Source: Octopus vulgaris
Lineage: Eukaryota
Reading direction: 5' to 3'
Length of the DNA stretch: 64,000 bases
Assembly: GCA_951406725.2 (NCBI GenBank)
Contig: OX597827.1
Span: 82,150,001-82,214,000, forward strand
Both the position numbers and the translations under genes were made by a program. Positions 28,570 to 41,191 of this stretch are shown one piece after another. Each line of letters opens with the position of its first letter. The first letter of the stretch is position 1. The notes under the pieces were generated by a model. It saw only the letters and a program-made list of their open reading frames with translations, was not told the origin of the DNA and did no database searches.

Positions 28570-29526
28570 GCAGACTGTATGACGCATGTGTATGAACAGC
28601 CATGCTACATGGGAGTGAAACATGGGCTGTCACTGCTGAGGATATGTGTAAGCTCGCAAGAAATGAAGCCAGTACGCTCTGATGGATGTGTAATGTCAGT
28701 GTTCATACTCGACAGAGTGTAAGTACCTTGAGAGAAAAGTTGAACTTAAGAAGCATCAGTTGTGGTGTGCAAGAGAGACGTCTGTGCTGGTATGGTCATG
28801 TGGAGAGAATGGATGAAGATAGTTGTGTGAAAAAGTGCCACACCCTAGCAGTTGAGGGAACCTGTGGAAGAGACAGACCCAGGAAAACCTGGGACGAGGT
28901 GGTGAAACACGACCTTCAAACTTTAGGTCTCGCCGAGGAAATGACTAGAGACCAAGACCTATGGAAGTATGCTGTGCGTGAGAAGACCCAGCAGGACAAG
29001 TGAGACCATAACCCGTAGCCTCTACCTGGGATGTAGCCACTTATGCATACCTTTCCTTCTTGGGACAAAAACTCTACTTGTAAAGACCTGTTGAGGCAAC
29101 TGAGAATCAGAATCAAAATCGAAATAGATCAACATCAATGGATATTGTAGGTATGATACCAGTGCCGGTGGCATGTAAGCGAACCATCCGAACATGGCCG
29201 TTGCCAGCGCCGCCCCGATGGGCCTCCGTGCCAGTGGCACATAAAAAGCACCATCCGATCGTGACCGTTTGCCAGCCTCGTGTGGCCCCCATGCCGGTGG
29301 CACGTAAAAAGTACCGTCCGATCGTGGCTGTTTGCCAGCCTCGTGTGGCATATAAAAAGCACTCACTACACTCACAGAGTGGTTGGCATTAGGAAGGGCA
29401 TCCAGCCATAGAAACATTGCCAGATCAGACTGGGCCTGGTGCAGCCTTCTGGCTTCCCAGACCCCAGTTGAACCATCCAACCCATGCTAGCATGGAAAGC
29501 GGACGCTAAATGATGATGATGATGAT
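28565..29526 (+). mobile_element. RTE-clade LINE 3' fragment (ORF end, 3'UTR, (GAT)n tail)
   Basis: RRLCWYGHVERMDEDSCVKK..GTCGRDRPRKTW. 3'UTR ends catggaaagcggacgctaaatgatgatgat; (TA)n on both sides. Confidence 0.92.
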
Positions 29527-29860
29527 ATATATATATACATAGAAATCTATAAAAACACTACGTTCATTATTATTTAGGAGATATTTATATGACCTGAACA
29601 TAATATCTTCACAGGGAAAAAAATATACACACAGTTTCCATTCGCCCAGTTTCAGGGACAAGTTATCAGTGAATCAATGAGACAGTAGCAGACATCTTCG
29701 GTCTAAGGTGATGCAAATTGTCACTGGACATAGAGAGCACATCTTAATTGTACATTCATTCTTACATTCGTGTGTGTTTTCAAAAACTGAACAGGAAAAT
29801 ATCAAAGGAACAAACAGAAAATTTACAATAAGTCATGGACATGTTCTTTTCTCATCAGTT

Positions 29861-30111
29861 GTGGCAAGAGTCATTGACACCCTTGGCAGATTGCAGAATG
29901 GACTAACCAAACTCTTATAAAGAGTAGAAGTCAGTAGTAGACAGAGAGAGTGTTTTGGTAGTCTCGCGAAGTACGTTATATGAACTCAAAAAGCCCTTTC
30001 ACTTTTCTCTTTCTTTCTCGGACTCTCTTTCTCCTTTTTAACCTCTGCTCTTTATAAGAGTTCAGTTAGTCCATTCTCCAATCCACCAGGGTTGTCAATG
30101 ACTCTCACCAC
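29861..30111. repeat. Foldback element with ~71-bp diverged inverted arms
   Basis: 29861-29931 is a diverged reverse complement of 30041-30111. Confidence 0.8.
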
Positions 30112-30659
30112 AAGTTATCGTTCAAAAGTCATTACAATTTCATGCCTTTAATTAGAATATAGCTCATTTTGGTGGAATTAAGAGCAAAAAGCTGCTGGGA
30201 ATAAAGGGCAAACATAAAAGACAGATGAAAACAACAACAACAACAACAACACACTCATATATATATATATAGGGATAGGTAAAGTTGTGTGCTAAGTTGC
30301 TCCCCAAGCACATGGTTTTGGGACCCATTCTACTGCTTGGCAGTGTCTTCTACTATAGTCCTAGGCTGACTAAAGCCTTGCAATGTAAGTGGATTCGGTA
30401 GGCAGAAACTGAAAGAAGCCTGTCATGTGTTTTTATATCTCCTCTCCTTGCCTTGTCTTCATGTGATGGTTGTAAACAAATGCCACCCTCATGCAGGTGG
30501 TGTCTTTGGTTTCCAATCTTTGATGGACGAAAACTTACCTGACACAAAAACAGGTAAGTGATGGTGAAAGGAACTTCATCTGACAGTAAAGAATCCTCCT
30601 CCACCTGATCCACTAAGCACAGAAAAGTGGCCATTAAAACGATGATGATGATGATGACA

Positions 30660-30701
<42 letters not shown>

Positions 30702-30703
<2 letters not shown>

Positions 30704-31570
30704 AGGGTTGGACAAAATAATGGAAACACCTTAAAATTTCAAACAAATTCAATTTAGTATAGGGTAGGACTGCCTTTGGCAGTAATTACAGCTTGAATCC
30801 TACGAGGTATGGACTCGTACAAAGTTTGAATTGTTTCCAAAAGAATTCTTGTCCATTCTTCAGCTAAAACAGTCTCCAGTTCTTGTAGTGATGATGGTGG
30901 GAGATATCAACTCCCTATTTGTTTTTCTAAAATGCACCGTAAATGTTCAATAATATTGAGATCTGGGGACTGTGGTGGCCAGATAAGATGTTCAACTTCA
31001 CTAGAATGTTCTTCGTGCCATTCAGTAACAACTTTAGCTGTGTGAATTGGTGCATTATCATCCTGAAAGATTGCGTTTCCCCCTGGAAACAGTTCTGCAA
31101 CCATAGGATGAATTTGATCAGATAAAATGCTTAAATAGTCTTCACCATTAATTCTGCCATGAAGGGAAACCATTGGGCTGGCAGAGTTTCAAGATATGGT
31201 CCCCCAGATCATCACAGATCCTCCTCTGTGTTTAACAGCTGGAAGAAGGCAGTCTGGGTAAAATGCTTCTTTTGGCTGTCTCCACACATATATCCACACA
31301 TATACTCAGCCGGTGGTTGGAAATAAGGTAAAGGATAATAACATTCTTCCACTGCTCTAGGGACCAATTCTGTATGTTTTTACTCCACTCTAAACACTTC
31401 CCAACGTTTCTTTTTTGTTTATTTTTTTTTTGTAAGTAGTGGTTTTCCGATTGTAGACCTCCTATGAAATCCAGCTTTGTGCAGCTCCTGGTGAAAATTG
31501 TTTTGTGGAAACTGGGTTCTGCAGTAATTTTGGGAACTGTGCTTTTGTGATCCTTTCTAAGAATTCATGT
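30702..31570 (-). mobile_element. Tc1-like transposon relic with DD36E spacing and one TIR
   Basis: FQDDNAPIHTAK..WPPQSPDLNIIEHL; terminus TA|caagggttggacaaaataatggaaacacc at 30702. Confidence 0.88.
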
Positions 31571-32374
31571 AAAAGTCCAACAGACCCTATCTGTTCCGAG
31601 TTCAAATGCTGCCAAGGTAGACTTTGCCATTCGTCCTTTTGGAAATGATGAAATACATACAGGAGTTGACCGTGGGACTTGTCCCCTCCCCTGACACTGC
31701 TGGCCTTGTGCCAAAATTTGAAGCAAAGGAATGGAACCAACAGTTAAGGAACAACTCCAAGATTATTTGCTGAAGAAACAAAGACAACTAATTTCTAAAA
31801 GAAAGTTTGGCTTCCAACCCAACCATGGCTTCCCCAAATGATCTTTAAATTCACTGGGCCTAATTCTGGAAGTGTGCATTCATAAGCTTCAATGTCTTCT
31901 TTTGTTCACACCTGTCAGGTATGATGACCAACACATCACATCAGTTACTGACCCTGAATGGCATTGACCAATCTCTGTATCTGCCACAGTTATTCATATC
32001 TGGGTCACTGTTCTTCACAGAACCATAATTTTGGCCATTGGGAGTTTACAACATCTCAGCCCTTACAGAGTAAGCAAAGACTACAAAGATTTCCTTAGTA
32101 TTGTCAGCCAATATCAGAAGTAACCAGGGACACCTAAAAGTAACAATTACACGGACTCTGGTACTTTATTTGGTGGACCTCTAAAATTAAGCTCAAAACG
32201 TAAAAGGACAAAACTAAATACCCAAATGTCTTTTATGCATGGTGGTGGTGGTGGTGGGGGGGAATAGACGGGTATTTAGCTGTTGTTCCATCCAGTGTTT
32301 GTGATAGAGTAAGGTGGGTGGTGAGATTTGTGACAATTAAGAAGTTGGGTGGTGTGCGGGGGAGAAACCATGTT

Positions 32375-32839
32375 CAGTTCTATATTTAAGAGATGAGGAA
32401 TTATGTACATTATTTACATTTGATGGATATTTGTCCTCATCTTGTTTGTTGTTGACATAACCTTTTGGCTGATATACCCTGCAGCCTTCATCGGGTGTCT
32501 AGGAGAAATTCTGAAGCTGGGTTCTCATTCCTAAGGTATTTTTCGATGTTATTATTATTATTATTATTCAGATCACTGCCTGGAATCGAACTCAGAATCT
32601 TGGGGTTAGTAGCCGCGCTTTTAACCACTACGCCATAGGCCCACAAGCATCCAGGCAGTGAATAATTATGATAATAATAATAATAATAACAACAACAACA
32701 TCGAAAAATACCTTAGGAATGAGAACCCAGGTTCGACATTTCTCCAAGACACCTGATGAAGGCTGGAGGGTACATCAACCGAAACGTTGTGTTAACAACA
32801 AACAAGATGAGATCAAATATCCGTTAAATGTAAATAATG
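32375..32839 (-). mobile_element. tRNA-headed SINE-like element carrying a hammerhead motif, with a Penelope-style inverted duplication
   Basis: Minus-strand A box TGGCGTAGTGG (32625-32635) and B box GAGTTCGATTCC (32582-32593). Arms 32408-32584 and 32650-32839 are reverse complements, and each carries a hammerhead core. Confidence 0.8.
32748..32793 (+). ncRNA. Minimal type I hammerhead ribozyme motif
   Basis: GACAC-CUGAUGA-A-GGCUG..CAACC-GAAAC-GUU-GUGUU. Stem I is GACAC/GUGUU, both core boxes are intact, stem II has one mismatch, stem III is the palindromic ACGU, cleavage triplet GUU. Confidence 0.65.
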
Positions 32840-33513
32840 AAGAAGCCATGTTGTTTAATAAAATTGAGATGGTTTTGGCGAAGAAGGAAGAATTATTTTC
32901 ATGCAAAGTGTGTCATGCATTTTCTTTGATAGAGAAGTGACGGTGGGGGATGTGAATTTTGTAGTTATCGGGGGGTGGGGGTGGGTTAGAATTAATTTAT
33001 CAATTTGACGATCAATTGCTTTTTGTTCTGATTGAATATTTATCAATGATGGAGGATATTTCCTGGGTAAGGAATATATTGAGACAACATGAATGTCCGA
33101 AAGAAAGGGTCACTACATTCTCTATCGTTCCTAATAACTGGTAGGGAACAATCCTTCTCCACCTCATCACCTTATTATGACGCTGACATTGGACCGAGGC
33201 AGAACGGGACAAAGTGGTCCAAGGGAAGCAACTCTAGCAAATTTTTCTTCATAACAATGCGTGTGTGCAGTTTGCGTGTGTGCTGTGTCTGTGTGTTTGC
33301 CGTGAGTGTTGTCGGTACAACGTGCGTTTGAGATGCGTGGTGGTGGTGGTGGTGGTGGGGGGGGGGGGCTGGTGTGTCTGTGTGTCTGTAGCGGCTGCAG
33401 CATGCAATGCGTGTGCGGGGTGTCTGTGTGTTCGCTCTGTCTATTGTATCTCTCTCTCTTACATCAAGCTGTGCAGATATGAATTTATGTATGCATGTAT
33501 ATGTATATATATC

Positions 33514-33795
<282 letters not shown>

Positions 33796-33844
33796 TGTAT
33801 ATATATATTCATATATGTGTGTGTATATATATATATATACATAT

Positions 33845-34232
33845 ACTCTTTTACTTGTTTCAGTCATTTGACTGTGGCCATGCTGGAGCACCACCTTTAG
33901 TCAAGCAAATCGACCCCATGACTTATTCTTTGTAAGCCTAGTACTTATTCTATCGGTCTCTTTTGCCAAACCGCTATGTTACGGTCACGTAAACACACCA
34001 GCATCGTTGGGGGGACAAACACAGACACACAAACATATACACACACACATATATGTATACATATATACGACGGGCTTCTTTCAGTTTCCATCTACCAAAT
34101 CCACTCACAAGGCTTTGGTAGGCCTGAGGCTATAATAGAAGACACTTGCCGAAGGTGCCACGCAGTGGGAGTGAACCGGAACCATGTGGTTGGTAAACAA
34201 GCTACTTACCACACGGCCACTCCTACACCTAT
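33845..34232 (-). mobile_element. tRNA-derived SINE family 1, near full length, with internal CA/TA microsatellite
   Basis: Minus-strand head ggagTGGCCGTGTGGtaag...GGTTCACTCCC (A/B boxes); tail ..gactgaaacaagtaaaagag. Related copies at 20655-21045, 56866-57100, 15470-15684 and 30275-30560. Confidence 0.85.
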
Positions 34233-35386
34233 AATATATATATTATAATGTAACAAATGAAGGGGAAACTTTCTACAGTGGGGTGCAAAACATCCAATTC
34301 ATACATACATACATATATATAAATACACACACACACACACACAGATGAAGGCATATCTGCTCTCTGCCCCACCCCCATTCTACAGATAACAGTGTTGTTA
34401 AAAAGTTCACTATAATTGCAGGGTTTTGTGTTCAATCCCAGTGTAGGGTAGCTTGATCAAATATCTTCTCATTTCACCAAACCATTATGAATGGAAGTGG
34501 ATGGACAGAATCCTGTCCAAGGGCCCAGAGGCAGCCGGGGCGGGGGGGGGGGGGGGCTGTGGTGGTGTTGTTGAATGCTTCTTTGGATTGGTCACCCAGT
34601 TGGACAACTAGCTGGTCCTTTGCTACCTTTAGTGGAGTCTACTGTGTTGTAAACATTGGGGGTCCACTTCTTTGAATAAAGGGAAACATTTTCCTCCCCA
34701 GTAATAGTAATTTTAAATATGTCAATAGATTCACCCTTTCTCTTCTGAAATTACTGCAAATAAATAAACAGACCTATAGATAGCTTAATGAATAATTAAA
34801 TATAATATAATATTATTTAAGTGTAAGGCTGACCTGGAGGAAGGAGAGCTTGTCATTGATGAGATTAATAATGGTGATGAATGGACTTTGACAAATCTGA
34901 TTGATTGATTGATTGATTGAATTATAATCAAACACTTGATTAGTTGATTAGTTAATTGGTTAAATAGTCTACCAATTGACAAATATTAAAGAAGTGAAAT
35001 AGAACCAGTGTGTGTGTGCATGTGTTCATTAATGGCTAAATGACCCTCCCAACATGCAACAAAAAAGTGAATGTAGCCTTTTGAGCTTTACTCATTACAT
35101 ATAAAGATTTCTTGGAGTCAACACGAGGAATATTGTTGGAGAAAGAGAATCAATTAAATGGACCCCAGTAAATGACAGGTACTTAATTTTATCAACCTAC
35201 GAAGAATAAAACACAAACCCACCTTTTGCAGGTTTTGTGTATAAAATTTTGAAAGACGTTTGTTAAATGATTTATTTGTAATGAGTTTAATTAATTTGTA
35301 TTCTTCTGTTTTCTTTCAGAACTGTTTCTACTAAATTGGGATCAACCACCAAATTGCATTATCAACCACCAGGCACCAACAGAAAT

Positions 35387-37777
35387 ATGGGGAGACTTCT
35401 GCGGTTTGGATTTCTAATTTTGTTTTTTCTTCCGAAATACTCCGCATCGAACTTGATTTATCACGTGAAGGAAGAGAAAGCAATTGGTTCATACATTGGG
35501 AACATCGCTGCAGACTCCCATTTATCAGACAGGGTGGTCCCTGAACATGTCCCCTTCATCACATTCAGTCAACTCCAACGAAGGGGCTCAAACAGCATTA
35601 GTCAGTTATTCAATGTGAGCAGTAATGGTAAACTATTCACGGCTCAGGCGCTGGATGCCGAAACTCTGTGTATTTACAACAAGGAATGTTTCAGAATTGT
35701 TAAAGTTGCTGTGAGAAAAGCAAACAAATTCATGAAAATCCTAAAAATCAAAGTAATTATTCAGGACATAAACGACCACGTTCCTCAATTCCCTGTCAAA
35801 CAAGTGAATATCCAATTTTCTGAGAGAGACGGTAAAGGTTCCAAGATATCGGTACCAAATGCCATTGATAAAGATGTTGGAATTCTAAACTCTCAGATCA
35901 CCTACCAACTTCGGAATAACAACAATCGGTTGTTTTCTCTGTCTGTCTTTAAAAGAATTGATGGTAGAGCTAATTTGGCCATTATTTTAGAAGGGAAACT
36001 GAATCGAGAGGAAAAGGACACCTACATGTTACAAATCGTTGCCAAAGACGGTGGTTCTTTACCAATGCAAAGTGTTTTAAATGTTCAAATTGCAGTGAAC
36101 GATGTCAATGACAATCCACCAGTGTTTTCACATCAAATGTATAATGTTTCCATTAAAAACACCCACCAGATGTCACTGCCAGTTGTGGTATTGGCTGCCA
36201 AGGACCTGGATGCAGGGGAAAACAGCAAAATTCTCTACCATTTTAGCCCCAAAACTTCAGACGAAGCTAAAAGTCATTTTGAATTGAATAAAACTACCGG
36301 AGAGATTTTATTAAAAAAGATTTTTCCTGTGGGTCAGAAGGTGGTTTATAAATTATTTGTTGATGCAACTGATGGAGGGGAGCCTCCGCTAAGTTCAACA
36401 GCCATTGTCTTAGTAAATGTTATGAACCAACAAAACAATGCGCCCAACATTGAAGTGGATTTTGTGTTCACATTGACAGAGAATGTGGCATCGATCTCCG
36501 AAGACATTGAAGCTGGGAGTTTCCTTGCTTATGTAATGGTCACTGATAACGACATGGGACTGAATGGAGAGGTCAACTGTGAGCTACAGCATGACAAATT
36601 CCAGCTTCTGAATTTTGGTTTCAAGGAATATAAAGTGATTGTGAAGAATTCAGTTGATCGAGAGAAAGAAGACCATTATGATATTGTTATAAAATGCAGT
36701 GATCGAGGTTCTCCACCGTTAAGGGCTGAAAACAGGTTCTCCATCCGAGTGACAGATGTGAATGATGTAAAACCCCAGTTTACCAAAGATACATTCAAGT
36801 TCCTCACCTATGAGAATGAAAAATCCAATTTTCCTGTTGGTTTTATCAATGCCACTGACCCCGATCTGGAACTTGGGGGTCAGTTGACTTATTTCCTACT
36901 GGGCACCGACACAAATGACATTCCTTTCCAAATAACAAATTATGGATTCATATCAACCAAGTCGTCTTTAGACAGGGAACAACAAGAAGTCTACAAATTT
37001 AAGGTTTTTGTTAAAGACAATGGAACACCACCGTTAAACAGCACAGCAAACATTATCGTTAAGGTGGTCGATGAAAACGATAATGCCCCTTATTTCACCT
37101 TTCCAAGTGTGGACCCTTTTAGTTTGGACTTTTATTACCATCCACAGAGTAAGAATGACCTCACAGTACTGAAGGCCTCCGACAGGGACAACCAAGAAAA
37201 TGCTTTCCTTAAATACGAAATTATTGGAGGCAATGACAAACATCTATTTACTGTGAACCCTTATACAGGAGTTCTTTCTTTCTCTCGGACTGTTTACCAA
37301 AACGATGCAGGAACATACGACCTAAAGTTTATGGTAAAAGACAGTGGCATGCCATCTTTATCAGCCGCAACAACCTTAACTCTCTCATTAAGTGTTAGCA
37401 ACACCACCTCACCAATGTTGGCTGCAGTCCACCAACAATCGGACAGTTTAATCGATGTGACCTGGGTCGTTATCATTGTCCCAGTGGCTGTCGTTCTATC
37501 AGTGGTGATTGTTATTTCTGTCACCCTGTGTGTGATTAGAACTCGAAACCAGAACAGAGCCTTGCAACACACGGCCATATCAGCCTCAAAACACCCAAGG
37601 AACGAAATGAGGCAACTCATCTCTCAGTCTAACAACACAGTCCCTGTGTCGTGTAACCCGGATGACATAATGGGAGGCAGCTCGATATCGATGCATGGAC
37701 AGCTCTATCCAGTGGACGAATCACGAAATGAATGGAAATCATCATCATTGTCCAGATGGTCCCAGAGAACACCACAG
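35387..37777 (+). CDS. Pcdh: Protocadherin, large first coding exon (signal peptide, EC1-EC6, TM, proximal cytoplasmic tail)
   Basis: 831-aa ORF with cadherin motifs DINDHVPQF, AIDKDVG, LNREE, DVNDNPPVF, VDREK, DVNDVKPQF, LDREQ, DENDNAPYF. EC1 has the protocadherin C-x5-C loop (CIYNKEC). Signal peptide MGRLLRFGFLILFFLPKYSAS starts at ATG 35387; TM VTWVVIIVPVAVVLSVVIVISVTLCVI at ~37457-37537. Acceptor ttctgttttctttcag| ends at 35319; in-frame donor CAG|GTAAGA follows 37777. The family is certain, the paralog cannot be named. Confidence 0.96.
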
Positions 37778-38404
37778 GTAAGAGACTCAGGTTCAAATTT
37801 TGTTGTCAGTAGCACAGAAACATCCAGTTGAGTGTGCAGAGCTGAATGTGTGATCAGGGCATATCATGGGGCATGGAATATATGTACACTGCCAGGAATA
37901 TAAGTTATGTTCATTTTGAGATGAACTAATGTACACACACCATTAGAAATATATATCTTGTTCACTATGAAGTGAACATATGTACACCATTAGTTATTTC
38001 TATATTAAACACATTCCTGCCATATTTAGTGGCTCTTAAAGCAATGTGTTCAAGGATAGTTAATGGGTTGAACATGGTACTGAGGAAGGGGTAAAGATCT
38101 CTGAAATGTGTATATACGCCAATCACCTATTTTTCTATCTTCAATCGCATGAAATGTTGTAACTTTCAATGTTGGTTCTAAATTTTATAGAAAATCTGTA
38201 GAAATATATGATTATTTATATATTCCCTGTAGACTTTCAGGTGAACAGAAAATACATTTTAGGAATATATATTTTGTTCAAAGAAATCCATGCTCTGCAG
38301 ATTTTGTATTTCTGTCTGAAATCTTAGATTAAAATTTGATGTTTCTATAGAACACAGCAACACGCAGTTATGCAAATTCAAACATATACATACAAATATA
38401 TATG

Positions 38405-38452
<48 letters not shown>

Positions 38453-38738
38453 TTTGTCCGTTTTACACCTGTTTTTCTATACTAGTATGAGTTAGACAAA
38501 TATATCAACATGGCTTTGTTTTACAGTCAGATGCCATCCCTATTGTTAGCCCTTATCTGTTTTTCAAGTAAGGGCTCTCTTATTGTAAACATCTTCAAAG
38601 GTCCAAAACCAGCAAGGGTTTTGATGACAGGAGAAATGACAGCAGTGTCATCACTTGGAGCTGGGAGAGTTTTAGAGAAATGCAATTGTAAACAAACATA
38701 GAGATGCATACGCACACACAGATATACTTATATATCAT

Positions 38739-38781
<43 letters not shown>

Positions 38782-38890
38782 TAGGCTTCTTTCAATTTCC
38801 ATCAGTCAACTCCACATACATGGCTTCAGTTAGTCTAAGCTGACGGTTAAAGGTAGTCATCCAAGTTGCTGCAATGAAAACACACATGCC

Positions 38891-38936
<46 letters not shown>

Positions 38937-39400
38937 TTTGTGTGAGTGCGTTTGCTGTGTTTGTATCTCATATGTCAGATAAATGAGATTATTCAAAACC
39001 ACTTCCATATCACACTGGGACATGATTGTATTTTTGCAAACTGGATGCATTTCTAGAAGAGAAGTCAATATAAATGGAAGGACTTCAATTTTAGCCAGTT
39101 TAATACATCTTTCATTATGAAACCACGAACCATGGGGTTTGTGGTTTCACAGTCACACACATTCAAATACATTCATACACACACAAACACACATGCACTC
39201 ATCTTGTGTGAGTGTGTAGATCTGTATAGATGTATTTTATATATATCATCATCATCGTTTAACATCTGTTTTCCATGCTGGCATCGGTTGGACAGTTTGA
39301 CTGAGTGGCTGCATCAGACTCCTACCTGATCTGGCAAGGTTTCTACAACTGGATGCCCTTCCTAACATCAACCACTCCGAGAGTTTAGAGGATGCTTTAT

Positions 39401-39456
<56 letters not shown>

Positions 39457-41127
39457 CCACACACACTAGTGCTGGTGTGACTTATGACTTTGCCAGCTTC
39501 TGTCAAACCATCCAACCTATGGAAAACAGCTGTTAAATGGTGTATATATGTATATACATACATACTCACTCTCTCTCTCTCTCACACACACACACACATA
39601 TATTTATATTTATATATGCATACATTCATACATGTAATTACGTGTATTTATTTGTAGACATTATAAAGAAATAGTACTGGAACAAGAGACTACCAAACTA
39701 AAGAGGAGTAATTGATGCTTTGATGAGTAAAATGAAAGTGAGCAGACTGATGAGGTGTTTGTTGCTGTGCCTTGAGTGGAAAACAGGGAAAGGGAGAGAA
39801 TTAAGACAGGAATTAGAGGATAGCTTTGTTACATTACATTAGACAAGAAATAGGAACGGTCCTAATTCCTGATGTATAATGATGGAAAATAGGGAGATAT
39901 TTGTAGATTTTGCAATTTTACTATTAATATTGTCATAGAAGAACTTGAATAATGATAATTTGGGTCTGAATGCCTCTACTCAGTTATCTGCCATCTTTTA
40001 TCTCTCCAACACATTCTTTCCATGAAGTGCATCTAAAACCTCTGCAACCTCCTCATCCACATCCTATCCCCCACCTAGATACCTTGTCCCATACCACTAT
40101 TCCTACTACCACACATGCCATTTCCTTTCCAACATTACCACCCTTAAAGGGCCCAACCACTGTACTTTTCACAGAAGGGGCTATTTGCTATGCACCTCTC
40201 ATATATGCACTCCAACATCTCTTCAAGTAAACCTCAATCAAGTAAACTGGCCACCAATTATCCAAAAAAATTGCAATACACCACTAAGACAGCTGACTTG
40301 ATAGCTTATTACCTATCCTTCAACATTTCTGTTCAGTAGAACAGAAACGTCAAGGGGTAGGTAACACCTCTCAGCCTTCAGTTTGACCTCCAATATCACA
40401 TATCCACCGTTCATTTCTATAGAGAACAGGAGCTCATCTTCTTTCTCAAACCTTACATACCTTTTGGATCAAATTCAACCCCTGCGTTCTGAGTTCAAAT
40501 TCTGCTGCGGTTGGCTTCGCCTTTCCTCCAGTTAGGTGTTGATAAAATAAAAAGTAGTTGAACACTGGGATTGGCGTAATCAACTTACCCCTCCCCCGAA
40601 ATTACTGGCCTTGTGCCAAAATTTGAAACCATTATTATTATTATCATTATTATTATTATTATTTGTTAAGCGTAGTTGAGGATGACAGTGGTGTACACCA
40701 AGGGAAGTAATTCTGTAATACTTATCTGATTTAGTGACAGGTCTGGAATATAAAGAGGGGGGGAATTAGAAGTGAAACAGGATAAGCATTTTTAAAGGGA
40801 AACCCCAAACTACATTTAAAACTGGGCCTCAGTGTGTATAGGTGTGTGTGTGTGCCTGCGTGAGAATGTGTCTCTCTCTCTCTATATATATATATATATG
40901 TATCTTCATCATCATCATCATCATAATTGTTGTCATTGTTATGATTACCTTTGTTTTTTCGTTTGTTTTTCTTAGCTGGCATGGGTTGATTGAGACTTGC
41001 TGAGGCAGTTTTCTAAAGCCAGATGCCAGTCCTGATCCTAGTCCTTCCTTGTTTTCATGTTGGCTACTTAATTCTTCTAGTCTTTGCCTATTGGACTGGT
41101 GGGGTGCAGGGAACATATCTATATACG

Positions 41128-41183
<56 letters not shown>

Positions 41184-41191
41184 AATATATT

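Noticed and set aside
32575-32644. Functional tRNA gene
   Set aside because: A and B boxes are present but the acceptor stem does not pair, and the head is fused to a repeat seen twice in the window.
35336-35386. TTG start and N-terminal extension of the Pcdh ORF
   Set aside because: Eukaryotic gene; ATG 35387 directly precedes the signal peptide.
37778-37831. C-terminus VRDSGSNFVVSSTETSS* as the true protein end
   Set aside because: It begins exactly at a consensus donor GTAAGA, so it is probably intron. Intron retention is not excluded.
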